Shown here: one piece after another, positions 50,028-64,000 of the stretch
How positions within the stretch are numbered: position 1 is the stretch's first letter
Layout: each line of letters begins with the position of its first letter
Source of the DNA: Pecten maximus
Taxonomy: Eukaryota
DNA: 64,000 bases
Assembly: GCF_902652985.1 (NCBI RefSeq)
Contig: NC_047017.1
Span: 5,828,001-5,892,000, forward strand
Direction: 5' to 3'
Program-made: the position numbers and the translations under genes
The notes under the pieces: model-generated
Told to the model about the DNA's origin: nothing
Databases searched by the model: none
What the model saw: only the letters and a program-made list of their open reading frames with translations

Positions 50028-52644
50028 TATATCATACAATCTGCCACTCATTCACACGATATATATACTTCAGATAATATTGTCCGTTTACCTTATGTCC
50101 ATATGTACCAGTTGTCAAATTTTACAGAACTGATAACAGACTTGAATTTGTTTATAATAGCGAAACTACCAAAATACCGGTACCAGTTTACCAGTAGTAG
50201 CTGAGCAAAGATTTTTCACCAGAGAGGTTTATTCGAAACAAGGATAAGTTTGAAACCGTTATCATTAATAAATCGCTAGGATTACTAGCGGATGCCGTGC
50301 TGTAGAGTTTTACACACATATATACTTATATTGTACTGGAATGGACAGGGATAATAACTTACATTTCAGAAATATCTTATTTAGCCTCCAGCGTGAGTGG
50401 GTGTGATTTATTTTTCTCCTCTTGCAGTTGTTTCTTCAAGTTCGGTTCCGTTTTCTTATGAATTTGTACCCCGGTGGTCAACGTAGAACTTTACCGAGGA
50501 GTTCCGATTGCCTTTTAGACAAATTGTTTTGACATTTTTACTTATCACAAACAATGTTCTATGTCGACATGTCATATATACGCAGCATAGGAGTAAAGCA
50601 TGACGTTTCGATGACTACACTCTGTCACAATCATCAGAAAACGAAACGTTTGATCGCAATTCATATTGATCATCGGAGGGCGCCTATCAACAAGATGGCT
50701 CCGATACCTGTTCGCATCAGATCGCGTATAGATCCCACTTCATTCGCGGTAAAAGGACTAGCTTGATATCATGTCGGCTATCCTCCTCCCCAAACTCCAC
50801 TGCGCCATCCACTGCGCCGTCCTTTGCGCGTCAAACTCTGCACACGTACCATACTCTGCGGCGCCTCACCGGATATCATTAGCGAAATCATACGCTAAAG
50901 TGCTGTTTTAATCATTTTTTATGTTTATTAAAACAGAAAAAATGATTCAACATTTGCACGAAAATTAAAAAATCTACACAACATAAAGCAATTTTTGTTT
51001 TCAAATGCGTGCGAAACATTCATTAAAGTAGGTTATTGCATCCGGGATATTGTTTGCCGACCTTTGATTGCTGCTTGTGTTTTGTTTGTTTGTTTGTTTT
51101 TTTTATATGGATCAGCTTGATGTTTAAAATATGTTTAAATACGAAGAGTAACCTTAAATTTTCATTAATTTGATAATTCAGGACGGCCTAAAGAATTTGG
51201 TGACACATATATATAATATACCATACAAACCATTTGATCATGTATGTCGATGCATTATTCCAGTAAATTAATCAAACGTAATTGGCATCAGTAAGGACTA
51301 AGTGCAATGTACGATTTTAACCTTGACTTTTGTCTCTATATATCTAAAAGAGGACTGTTATTGATGAGTTCTTCTTAGACTTTTCTATGTGTGTCACTGT
51401 CCTACGAAAATATAATTAATGCCGGAAGTAATATATTACAGACATTCTCGCATCACCATGGCTGTTGATTAGACATTTCATAGCACGCCTCAGGTGATGT
51501 AAAAACGCGACTTAAACAAAACAAAAATGATTTGATTGTTTGTTATGTGAAAGAACCAGAGAAAATAACCGAATCATGTACGGTGTGACCCTATGTGACA
51601 ATCACTGGGGAACTATCTAAGAAAAGTACAGTCCCAATCAGGCATCTCCTTCATTAAGGGGCCTTTTCCATTTTTATTCGCTTCTTAAAGGGTATTCCTG
51701 TCAATTACTAAGGTAAATTTACTGACATAGTTACACGCACGAAATTGAAACCACATTAAAAAAAACATATAACTCAAAATATTTCATTTCACTTGTTTTT
51801 TTTTTTTTTTTTTTGTTTAGTTTTTTTTTATCTCTGAAACTTTTCCGTTTTGTTGCAAAAATTGAGCTCCATAGTTAAAATGCAAAATGAGAATGAAGCA
51901 CAGAATAAAATGATAAAAAAAAATCTTAAAAAGTCAGTGAATGATTTAATACCTGCATAACTGTAATTGAATGATACTCAGCTAAATTGGATGTATTAAT
52001 AAATGGGTTCCGAGCACGCTCCGAGATATGTTTGGAACCCCTATTAGAGCGAAACACAACTGTACAACGAGACTGATTGATCAGGATCTCTAGAGCGCTT
52101 GACATTCTGAAATTTATTTTTAATCTGTTTGGCTGAAATATGAATAAGTAGGTTTAAAGACACATTTTGGAAGTAACTATTCGATGAAGGTGATTTCTAG
52201 TCAATTTCATAGAATTTAATCTCATATAACTAACACAAAAGGGCTGCTTAGGAAGGCAAAGAAAGTTGACAAAAAATCCGTGAGAAATTGAGGAGACATA
52301 CGAGGGTGGACAGGAGGAAGGGGATTCCCCATTATGTGTGCATGACGTCATCGAATCATGTGGTTTTTCATCTGCTTCACGTAGCAACAACTTGTAGCGC
52401 GGCAATTGCTGATAAGTCAAAACATATACATGTATTTGAGATTGATTAATTATCGTATCACGTACTGTATGTTTGTGCATAAATTCTGTATCATTTAGGT
52501 CGTAGAGAAAAAGCAATGAACCGTTATAAAAACAAAAGCTACACATTGTAACACAGGTAAACACCCGGGGCTATGACCTGGCAGCGATCGCTATAACTAC
52601 GCACAGTGTCAAGCGATAGTCTGTACAGCTGTCGACACGGGTGA

Positions 52645-52876
52645 CTTGCATTGCCCCGACACTTTTTTCTCCTCGCGGTGAAAAAATCGTCCGGATTATT
52701 GAGGGAAATTTACTAATGAAAAGTACGTTCCGTTCCCAAAATGGGCTTCCGGAATCGGAATCCGAATTTCCGGACTGGTGAGTACAAATAACGTTACGGA
52801 AATCCGTTCCCGTGCATTTCCGTCCGGGCTGTGAGTTTTCCGGACTATCGGCGTCCGGATTATCGCGGGTCCACTG
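52645..52876. mobile_element. pogo/Tigger-like MITE fragment
   Basis: Right terminus GTCCGGATTATCGCGGGTCCACTG|TA (TA-CAGTGG.. on the - strand) and repeated CCGGA(C/T)TA motifs; matching left TIR not found. Confidence 0.5.
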
Positions 52877-53075
52877 TAGACATTGTGTTTGAATGACGGA
52901 TCATATTTTTGAGCACCTGTATTTCCTTACAAAAATAAGTCTTGCTTGATTTAGCTACAAAACATAAAGAAATCGAGCGTTCAAAATAGGCGCTTAAAAC
53001 ATACCTTCACACACGTACACGAATATGTCGTAACGTCGTTCCCGGAAGGAATGCGTAAGGATTCTTCATCGACGA

Positions 53076-53304
53076 TTGGTTTGGTTTGTTTTTGTTTAAC
53101 GTCCTATTAACAGCCAGGGTCATTTAAGGACGTGCCAGGTATTGGAGGTGGAGGAAAGCCGGAGTACCCGAGAGAAAAACCACCGGCCTATGGTCAGTAT
53201 CTGGCAACTGCCCCACGTAGGTTTCGAACTCGCAACCCAAAGGTGGAGGGCTAGTGATAAAGTGTCGGGACACCTTAACCACTCGGCCACCGCGGCCCCT
53301 CCCG
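53076..53304 (-). mobile_element. Full-length tRNA-derived V-domain SINE
   Basis: 10-bp TSD TCATCGACGA (53066-53075, 53305-53314); same head, core and tail as 38908-39136. Confidence 0.92.
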
Positions 53305-56300
53305 TCATCGACGACGGTAGAACAGGAACCCGTTGTTTTTAAAGCTGATTCGTAAGAAAGTTAATATATATCAATATACAATTTATAGATAAAAGATCCT
53401 AATAATTTTGCACACTACTTGAGCCATTCAAACGGGGATGCCCTCTCGTTCGCAATAAATGCGGACAAGATAGCTAACAAAGTAAAGCTGGTCTATCCAG
53501 GGGAACGTTTCGGCACCCTATAGTTTCTTTCTAAACATCTTTCTTCTTTCCCAATATAACACTTGACAGTGACCGCTGGTTAGCCGCAAGATCTAGGCGT
53601 CAACCGAAACAATGAGATCATTGGTTCAACATCATCAAAGATAAAACACATTTTAGCTAAAATTGGTATTTAATACTGTCTATCTTGCCTTTAGGCCGTT
53701 GTCTGTAAACGTCGACGACTGGATGGGTTTCAAGCTAAGGTAAGCTGGCTGTGCCTTTTTTACATTTCAATGTGATTTTTGTTTTAATTGATTGATGCAT
53801 ATATGGACATCTTCTACATACTATCTTAAAGCGACTAAAGATGTAAACATCACAGTTTTGGCTGGCATTAGTTTGCAAAAAATATGTAATAAAATTAAGA
53901 ATTTCCCCTTAATTACAAAACTTAAGAGTGTCCGAAATTGTGTTTTGCAAATACCGAACTCAGTGCCGAACAATAATGTTACTATTCGGTTGGACTGATA
54001 AGAATGCTTATGTTACCGTTCGTAATAAGAAATTACCGTTTAATGAATTGGAAATCAACAGTTATAGTGGCTTTAACAGTAACGAGGTAAGAAACATCAA
54101 CCAATCAAACATTCGCATAGTCTCGCATGATATTATGCTGTTATACATTATACATCAACATGAAATTTAAAGTGAAACTATAGTCAATGGATAAAAAAAC
54201 TACCGTTACCTATCTCTAGGTCAAGAAAATCTTGGCAATAATACAGGGCGTGTTAAAGTTACAAAGGAATGTCAATGAGAGGAAAAGAACAGACCTAGGT
54301 ATTGTTTTATGCCGTCTTATTGTTCTTAGTACTAAAAGGTCATACGCAAAAATAAATCGAATTTTCTGGGGCAACACGCCAGGTCGTTTGAATATCCCGT
54401 ACCGAATGACATTAGATATTATGATAGCTTAGTATGTACTCCTGATAGATGATCGGTGTCTTGGAAAATATATTCCAAGCAAAATTTTTTTTGAACAATC
54501 CAGTGTTGGCGAATATCAATAAACAAAATATTATAGAAGAGAGGCTCATGATGAATGGTTCATTATATGGTTACCTAAACTTCCGCTAAAACTGTGAAGC
54601 TGAATCGGAATCCTGGTCTGGTTTATCAGTAGTAACGAACAACATATTACCAATCAAAGTTCCGTAATACCTGACGCGTCTTGCTAGACAAAACGATGTC
54701 AGAAAGTAGCATTGTGTAAAAGTGATCCTTGTTTTTTTTTTCATTAAATAAGCCTCTTTCAAAGTTTACTTTTGAATCTAAGATGAATAGAAAAGTTCAC
54801 TCCATCCCAGTTGTGAACCCGTTAATTCATACGCCTGGCAGTGAATGATTATTGATAATGAGTCACGTTTTATCAATGAAAACATTGTTGTCAAAAGATA
54901 ATTAAATTATCGTCCTGACATTATTCTATTGCTTCGATGACGTCATACCATTGTTGTCAGTCATGAAAATGAATATATAGTTTAACAAAAAGATATATTG
55001 AAAGCGATCCTTATATATCGGCCAAAATACTATTGATCTTTAGAGCATGGCGATAGCCGCCATGTTGTCCAAACGTCGTTATATGCTTCAAATCGAATGA
55101 TACCGATTCCCTATTCAATATCAAACGCCTGCCATCTTATTCAGAATGTCTAATTGAATGTATTTTTCGTGATACCTGACCAGACATGTTCATTTAGCCT
55201 ACGGGAACAATTAGGATTGTATAAAAACCCGTGACAACGGGCGGATTCATTATAGATAACGTAACTCAACGAATTTTGTCCCGAGCCTTATTATGACTGC
55301 ATGCGAAATTACTAGCTTGGAAAGCGATCTAAAAGTGTCAGGTGATTTCGATATTAAGTATTCAGAAGGCTTGTAATATTCAACTACATAATGTAGGAGC
55401 TGGAAAGTGTGTCAAAGTAGTAAAAACGTAAAATAGGATGTCGTAAATAGCCTATAAAGTCTATAAATGGTAAGTTTAAGTCAAAGTATTAAATGACAGC
55501 AGGCCATTGTTATGGTAGAAATCTGCCCTTTTGTATCGTCTCTGATATATTGAAACTGTATTTGGCGGCTTTGTGTCATTAATATGAAAATTGGTCGTCG
55601 AAGCGTGAAGATTTCCGTGTCAAATCCTGGCAAGAACTATTCCTAAATTGCTTTGTGTTATATCGCGTATTACTGTCTGTCAATGTATTGAATAACGCCC
55701 AATATGTATTTGTCATTTGTTACGCTGGCTGTCGGAGCTTTTAGAAACATTACATAAATCTGTCACACAGGACATATACAGGTCAGAAAAAAAGTCGACC
55801 CTCAGTCCCAAGTCCACTTACACTCTAGATAAAGAGGAGGATAAAATCCGTCTCACATGAGAGAAATTGACACGAATCTTTGACTAAAGTACCGAAGATA
55901 GACATATGTGATACTTAAAAGTACAATAGTCTGTTGTGTATTTCAGGAAGAAATAAAGATTGAAAAAGCGACAATTTGTTTTTACAGTCGGTGATCCCAA
56001 GTTCGTACGAATCGATACGAGGTCAGGGAGAACGGCTGGCCTGTAAACAAGATAACCTGATCTACCACCACCAGACATGAACTGACGTTTAAAAGACAAT
56101 CAAACATATCAAAATAAGTTTTCGGCAAGCCCAGATACTTACAATCACGTACTGATTATGTTATTAGTTTGCAGCAAACGAAATCGGTAAAAACGAAAAG
56201 GATAGATAATTTGTATCATTGGGTTCATCGGACTTTTCCGGAAATTTAATTAGCATGATGTTAAGTACGAATTCGCCTCGGAGTCATCATCAGGCTTATT

Positions 56301-56682
56301 AGATCTTGTCAGTTACTACACTGTTATCCGCTGTAAATTATGTACAGGGATGTATATGTACTATCTATTTATTATCTTGGAAATAAAATTAGATAAAGTC
56401 ACAAGGCAAAGGCACTAGATGTGCTCGATGAATCATGTTAGATTTGCTGTGTGTGAAATATATCTCAAAGGATCATCAGTGGTAAATGTATCAATGGAAC
56501 TATGTAGCTATATCTGTGACCTATAATAAGATAACTAATACATCTGTTACTTTGAAGGTTTTATTAACTAATAATGAACAAGAAAAAGAAAAAAGAAAAA
56601 CTGCACACAAACTACATCAGACACACTTTCTCCACGATTCTACATATCAGGGGCAAATATTTTGGGAACTACAATACGCCTT

Positions 56683-57053
56683 ACATGAAAATCAAATCCA
56701 GATCCATAATAAACTTTACACGAAAATCAAATCCAGAACTACAATCAGCTTAACGCGATAATCAACTCCGGAATTACAATAAGCTCTCCACGAAAATCAA
56801 ATTCAGAATTACAATAACCTCACTACGAAAATCAAATCCACATCTATAATAAGCTTTACACGAAAATCAACTCCAGAACTACAATTAGCTTAACACGAAA
56901 ATCAAATCCGAAACTACAATAAAACTATTCTAGAAAATCAAGTTAAGAACTACAATAAACTTTTCACGAATATCAAATCCAGAACCACAATAAGCTTTTC
57001 ACGAAAATTAAATCCAGAACTGTAATATCAAGAACTACAATAAGATTTTCACG
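56683..57053. repeat. 35-bp minisatellite, about 10-11 copies
   Basis: Unit CACGAAAATCAAATCCAGAACTACAATAAGCTTTT; CGAAAATC recurs at 56721, 56791, 56826, 56861 and 56896. Confidence 0.9.
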
Positions 57054-59737
57054 CCAATATACAACGTGTCATCAATTCCAATCTAGAACTCTTATCATTT
57101 CTACCATTTCCATTTAATCCCCAATAGAACAAAATTATTTTTTTTACGTAAGTAGGTAAGTGTTACTGCTGGAAATGAGTCTGACATTCAAGGCGTCTAC
57201 CAAAAATAGGTATTATGTAATGCATTAAGAATGCTGATTTTAATTTGTTCTTTCCGTACATTTTATAACAGTTGTACACTTTATGGTCGAAAGTTGACAC
57301 GTAGCCGGTGACAAAATGTCTGGCAGGGGGAAGATGACTCTATCTTTTATAAACTTGACCTTTAAACTTAATGATCATTGACCTTCATTTGTCCAAGAAT
57401 TAGATATCCTCACCATTGTTCACTTTGCTGCCGCACGGAATGTGCTTGAAGCAGCAATTTACCCTTTTTTTGCTGACATTTTGGATAAATAAAAAACCTA
57501 TATATTGCGAAAACAACTAATATCGTCTTATACTTATCTATCTTGCTGGGCTTTATCGCAGCGCGTGGTGATAAGGGGTGGAGACTGCAGAAAACGGGCT
57601 GCCGATCCCATACCTTTATTACGACAATGTAAAGCATTTTACAATATATATTAATGTTTATGGCTTCAAACGTTTGTTGAGGCAGCAACAATTTAAAGCA
57701 GCGATCAAAGTCATGACATAGAAATAATTCGGTATACGTGTAGTTAGTTTTATCTTTGTCGCTAAGAAAGAGAGTAAATTTAACCGATATATACGCCATT
57801 TTTAGGTGTTATTGTTTCTTCATAAAAATCACAAAGAATTTTTGTTTCGAAATACGTTCACTCCAAGAAAAACATCCAGTTCCATTTACCAGCGTTAACC
57901 AAGTCGATATAAAGGTCTCTGGTCTTTAACGTGACTGGTGCATCTATTGGTTGATTTCAATGAATCATTCATGCAAACTATGTACTTTCCCTTCCCTCCA
58001 AAAGAAAAAGTTTGAAATGGAAGCTTTGGGCAAACCAATTGTCTGCCGTATTTCTCGTCATTTATCAATGAAAATCTATCTTTCTCCGAGAATGGTGTGC
58101 CTCTAGACAAAATCGTATAGGTTTTTTTGGCAACAGTTTATGGTATAAGAATAAATTTACCATTAAAACTAGTTGTCAGTTCCAGGTTGTGTTGTCTAGA
58201 CATGCGAGACCGTTTATCAAATGAATGCTGTGACTGAAAAATGTATGCTGCGACAAAATAGAAAGGTGTTCTAGACTATCGATGAAAACACGGTAAATCG
58301 CAAACCAATTCATACGCAAGAAAAGAAAAAGAAATCAAGCAAGCAATACACAAACAATAAGCAATGTGTAGTACAATGTATCGAGACACGAAAATAAAAA
58401 ATTAATAAACAAACACAAAACGAGTAGCGGACAACATCTGGTTAAGAAGTGTAATTCCTTGCACCGAGGATCTAGTTCGGATATCCAGTTTATTCCTCCT
58501 GAACTACATGCAGGCCATTAAGAAATACAGAGCTTGAATAATCGCAAAAGTGACAGAAATATCAAAACCGTTATACGAGACAGCCATTCTTCAAATATAC
58601 TTAAATACGAAACGTAATTTTGATTGCTTCATGGTGGGTTAGCTTGGTTGCCTTAAAGTGATATGTCATTATTTGGTTAGACAGAATCCTCTCTTTTTGA
58701 ATGGGTTAGTATTAGCGATCAGATGGAGACAATTGGATCATGTAGAAAAATGACACAAACAGTTTTAGTAGAGTTAACATTATGTTGGAGCAAGTGGTTA
58801 TCTAGAAACAAACAGCATGTACTGTAGAATGTCTTTTTAACGGATGTCTTTCTGTGATTACGGAAAGTGCTAATGATTTTCGAGTTACAGAAAAGGTTCC
58901 TACTTGCTGAAATGAAAGAATTTTGACTCTCCTAATCTGAAGCAACTGATATACATCCTGAACATGTTTGAATATTGTAATTAAAATCGGGGGAGTTATC
59001 TCAATTGATTGGATCTCATTCCGCACTTGAGCTTATATATAATCCAGTGGGATGTCAGAGAGCGATCTCTTTGATCCTAAACCTCTCAATGTAAAGCCAC
59101 GAAACGTGAGTACTCACTGCATGGCATGGTTTTTGGATACGGAAGCACTTCATTGGTGTTCTAGAGAAGACTCGTGAGCTCTAATACACCAGTTTTCTCT
59201 ACAATATGTATTGCAAAAGAAATAGAAAATTGTGCAGTTTGATTATATTAACTTCACTTATACTTATTGAGAAACAGAGCAAAAACTATAAACAAAAGTT
59301 CAAAATTCCAGCATCCATTATTTCTAGAGTCACTGGACCATGAATGTTTGATGATATTTCGTCAATCGATTGTGTGTTGATATGTCAAAAACTATGTCAT
59401 CCATCTTCTTGTACTTTTTAGCAAAAGTTCTTAACGCAAAACTGTACAATAAATCGATTACGCCGACGCCGCCGTCGACGACAAATATCCTAGACTCGCC
59501 TTCTTGAGGTTTTATTATTTAGGAAACAATTATATCACCCCAACTGTACCATCTATGTAATTTGTGAACAAGCGGGCAAATTGTGGTGCCTGCTATAACC
59601 AAATTCTAGGAGGGAACCTCGTTTTGATTAACGGTGACCTTTCCATCGGTGATGGGGAGTTATAATCCGAATTCTTCTGCTGCAACTTCAGGCCATTCGG
59701 TTACGTCCCTCTGTGTCAATATTCCTTGCGGATTATC

Positions 59738-60030
59738 GACGTGGTACATTTTTTATTGACTCAAGGTCCGATCTTGTCCTTGTGTGATGATGATGTTGAA
59801 TATTTTATATCAACTTTGCTTTTGGATCTTCTTTTGTTTTGACTTGACGATGTGGTGCATTTAGTGTTAATTGAAGTGAAGATTTTATACCTGTGTGCTG
59901 ATGTTGAATAGCTTTATCGACTTGAAGCTCGGCTGAAGATGTTGAATATTTCATATAGACTTTGATTTTGGGTCTTCCTTTTTTCTATATTGACGATGTG
60001 GTACATTTTGTGTTAATTTAAGTTCGGATT
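59738..60030. repeat. Diverged local tandem duplication
   Basis: GATGTTGAATATTT...TTGACGATGTGGT(G/A)CATTT.GTGTTAATT.AAGT at about 59794-59878 and 59938-60024. Confidence 0.7.
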
Positions 60031-62639
60031 AACTTGATTAAGGGTATTGTCCTTGTATATTTCTAGAAACAAAGCTCTTTGATGGCATTGAGTAATCATT
60101 ATAATAATGTTACGAAAGACGTAATTAACCAGTCTAGCAGAAGAAGGTACCTTTTGGCTATGATGATATTACAAATACAATAATTGATTTCAACATATGA
60201 ACCGGCTATTTATTATCTTTCCTGTACCCATTCTGCAAACGCGAACGAAATAAGCTTAATTAAACATTCAGCAATATTATGTATGAATTCGGTCCTTCCA
60301 GTCATTTGCGGCTAAACTTGTGCTTTAATGTCAATTAATACAGTTAATTATTAAATGTTTCTGATATTGTATCAGCCCTACATGTCAGTATTTATGTGTT
60401 TTTTGTGTTTTAACGTCAATAACATCGACAAAAGGACATTGCTCCCCGCTCGAAGCTAAAAAAGACATTAAAACTGAGGTCAGAGACTTAAGAGTTTCAT
60501 AAGCAACTATCAGATGTATAATCAATGCAAAAACATGTGTACGAACCTCTAAATGATATGGAAGTTGTCCCGAAAGGGCATTCATTGCTCGTCGTCGGAC
60601 AGCGATGAAACCAATTAGCTACAAACATATATCATTGTCATAAAACAGTTCTTCAGGAACGGGTTTGAACTTGACAAATCCCTTACCAGCTGACTGAGCT
60701 GAAGAGAAGATAATTATACAACGCATTTAACATGTTACCGAATGTAATCGTCCCAGTTAAGGTCATGAATATAAAGTTCGGCCATCTCTCAAATTTGTTT
60801 TAATACATACTAGATAGAAACATCATTTATTTTCAATTTTAGAGTATAGGTACATGCATAGTCAACTCGACTAGAATAAAAAAAAACAGTATTTGTAAAT
60901 AGGTCAAATTAAGCAGGTAAATTAGGCAGGTTAAGATTAAGGAGGTTCATAACTAGATATGTGTTTGTGGTTTGTGGCCGAGACCAAACCTTTGTCCTGC
61001 GAAACATTAATAATAAACAATAACAAATAAATCTAACACTACACAATTACCATTTAATGCCACAAACGTTTAAACAAATAGTAGGTGTAACGTGTTTACG
61101 GTCAACACGTCCCTGGAAAATATTGTCAGAAGCAAAATTGAATATCATTATGTTTACGTGATATTTTCTCATTTTAGTACAACAAGAATTGATATGTGAA
61201 TTTCAATCTATTTAATCATAGTCATTATTGTTCTATCGTCGTTTTATAAGAATAAAAGTTCTATTTGCTCGTCGGTATACAATCCTTGGTTTTGTGAAAC
61301 ATTTTGGATATTTAATTCCCGAACTTCATTTCATATCAACACAAACCATTGTCATTTCCTATAAGAAATCTTTATTGACGTTTTTGAGTTTTAACCTTCA
61401 ATTTAGAAAAGAAACGCATTTGCGCTCTCTAGAGAAGTAATTTCTCAGATGCAATATAATGTTATTAAACAAGCGTCTAGCGAATTCCATTTTGCCAGAA
61501 TATAAGAAAACATATCAGTAAATTGTCGCCTTTGGCTATACGATCACATTTCAGGCGACATACGACTTACAACAATCAAATCTACATGTCTACATTTATG
61601 ACGTAGAAAGCATCAATTCATTCATCTGATGTCGCTCCTTGATGATTAGATTGAAACTTACTGACTGCCGCGCTGTGACCATTTATATCAAACTTTCAAC
61701 AACACTTTTAACAATTAACCCGATATAACAAGAGTTTCAGAACTTGAATTATCTGATTTAATCTACCTGCCATCATGTTTGGCCTCGTCCTCAATTTGTT
61801 GTTATTACTATCCTAGCATTTACTCCGAAAATTTAACTGTTTCGCTAAAGGCTAATGGAAGTTTTCTGACAGATTCAGTAAAATATCCAGCTTTTCAAGA
61901 TTTTATATCGTCTGACCGACTTTTCCTCCGACGTTTTATCACAAACTGGTTTTGAAGATTAATCATGGCTCTACAGTTATAACAAACCCGTGAGGATTAT
62001 TACTTTTATGTTGACTAACAGAAAAACTACTCTGGTGTTGTTTTTTTTTTTACCGATATTAGAAGTTAATGATTCTCTCATTTTATTTTACCAATTAAGA
62101 TCAGACAATGGCATATCTATCCCCGATTCATCTACTTTCTATGTGACAGGTCAATTTTACTTAAGGTTTACATTGTCATATGTATGCTTAATGTTTAATA
62201 TGGAACAGTAAACTTTTCTTTCTGTATGTGGCCAGCTAGGTTGTTTACTGTGTCTTTGTCTATTTGCTGGCGTCACATGTAACAGGGTGTGTTATATGTA
62301 TTATGGGTAATGTGTTGCTATTTTGGGCGTAACAATTAACTCCCAGTGATTCCAAAATCCATGTTCTTATCCTGTTTTTGATTGGTCGCTATTTCTATAA
62401 TTCCTTGTTGGTCAGTCTTGGCTGGAATATCATTGTTAAGACATGACCACAAGCTCTTTCTACATGTCTTGAAATTATCCCAGTTAGTTACAGAATTACT
62501 ATGCTATTATATACTGTTTCGGCTACTCTCCTTGTCTCATTGAATACTAGTACATATATATTCTAAAGAATAAAGAACTTACGTAAATAGCACCTGTGCT
62601 CTCATTATATTGATATGGAGACAATGGTTGCATCCATTT

Positions 62640-62860
62640 GGGACCGCGGTGGCCGAGTGGTTAAGGTGTACCGACACTTTATCACTAGCCCTCAACCACT
62701 GGGTTGCGAGTTCGAAACCTACGTGGGGCAGTTGCCAGGTACTGACCGCAGGCCGGTGGTTTTTCTCCGGGTACTCCGGCTTTCCTCCACCTCCAATACC
62801 TGGCACGTCCTTAAATGACCCTGGCTGTTAATAGGACGTTAAACAAAAACAAACCAAACC
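62640..62860 (+). mobile_element. Full-length tRNA-derived V-domain SINE
   Basis: GGGACCGCGGTGGCCGAGTGGTTAAGG head, GAGTTCGAAACC B box, V-domain, and tail GGACGTTAAACAAAAACAAACCAAACC. Possible short TSD CCATT. Confidence 0.92.
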
Positions 62861-64000
62861 ATTCATTATGAATGTTGTTGCTTTGTGTGTATGTTCAGTG
62901 AAGGTGATATTTGAGGTGCCAACACAAAAATTTTGAAGCTAAGATAACATCCGTCATCATGTTTTCAATTTGATATGCCTTAAGACATGGTCGGTAACTG
63001 AACCGATAGTTTGTTTAGGATCTACATGAAGATGTCATGGAAATCATTTTCATTTTCATTTTAACATGTTGTGTAAATTGCCATCGAAATCTGATAACGG
63101 CGAAACTGAAGCATGGCTCCATATCTGCTTGACAAAGAGTTAAACATGGCATACACCTAAGATCCCGAAAACGCAAGGTAACGGAAAATCAAGATTCTTT
63201 GTAAGCAAGCAGGTTTGCTAGGATTTATTCTCGAGAAGTGTGTAAAGAAGGCCCCGACTCTAAAGTATGCGTGATAAACCGTGCCTGATCGTTAATACTC
63301 GTGATGTATAATTTGCCCTCTACAAACTCCGAAATGCACCAGGAAACATTTCATGATTCGATAAGCAGCGCGTTGTGTATGCGTGGGGTTAGTTACATTT
63401 ACCATGAGTCTCATTATTTCCAACTTCCTTTATTCCAGCAGGGGACAGAGAAAACCGACGCTTCGTTTAGCTAAAGTGGCTTCAACGTGTTGGGGGTCAA
63501 GCTTATGTAAGGTGGTGCTGATTGTTTCGATAGACTACAGAACTAGTTAGAGCTTGGAAGTCTCACTCCGTGTATAGGGTTTATACCAACCAGCCTTTTG
63601 CTCTTTTATCTTAAGCAAAACTAATAAACGTTAATAAAGGGCATAAATAGTTTGAAGGCAAATAATGTGATTTTGTTACAACCATGGGTGATCCTTTTGG
63701 GGCTACATTTCACTTGTATTGTGCACGGGAGTGGTGTATCGGCCACTGTGAACTGTCATAATGATGTCGCATTGATCATGTATAACGTAAAAAGATTAAA
63801 ATAGTAACAAAATATCAATCAGTACTAGAAGAAAACAAAACAAGTAGTCCGCAAGGGAAAGCGTCTTCTGCTTAAAGGACGACCGTAAATATGTAAATCC
63901 ACGTGGAATAAAGGGAATACCTTAATCTCAAAATAAGTACTACAATGGTCTTACCACAGAACTAAAAGTTTTACGACTTAAATATTTATCACGACAACTA

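Noticed and set aside
50410-50462. Strong splice acceptor as GPCR exon 2
   Set aside because: Splicing would give Ser instead of Arg and a stop about ten codons later.
56264-56298. Further hammerhead-like cores (here on the - strand, and 12855-12890 on +)
   Set aside because: Core nucleotides are mutated (GAAT; CGGAAGA) and the stems are too weak to call.
62640-62730. tRNA gene
   Set aside because: A and B boxes belong to a SINE head; there is no proper cloverleaf and it continues into the V-domain and tail. The same applies to the other copies.

Overview
AT-rich eukaryotic genomic DNA. The repeat content (V-domain tRNA SINEs, HINE-like, Penelope-like and Crypton-like elements) suggests a bivalve mollusc, possibly a scallop; this is inference. 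One convincing host gene is present: the first coding exon of a rhodopsin-class neuropeptide GPCR (30618-31111, +), ending in a phase-2 GT donor inside the E/DRY motif. I found no second exon in the remaining ~33 kb, so the right half is probably one large intron. The rest is a mosaic of transposable elements and tandem repeats: a 5'-truncated CR1 LINE, a 5'-truncated L1/Tx1-type LINE with a 14-bp TSD split by a 1.5-kb TIR element, five copies of a tRNA/V-domain SINE, TA- and TTAA-targeting MITEs, Penelope-like remnants including a minimal hammerhead-ribozyme motif, and several minisatellites. The most interesting structure is an 869-bp insertion without a TSD (45049-45917). It is bounded by two related palindromes and carries a reading frame missing from the ORF track that resembles a tyrosine-recombinase C-terminus, so it is a probable non-autonomous Crypton derivative. 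No database searches could be run; family names rest on motif recognition.
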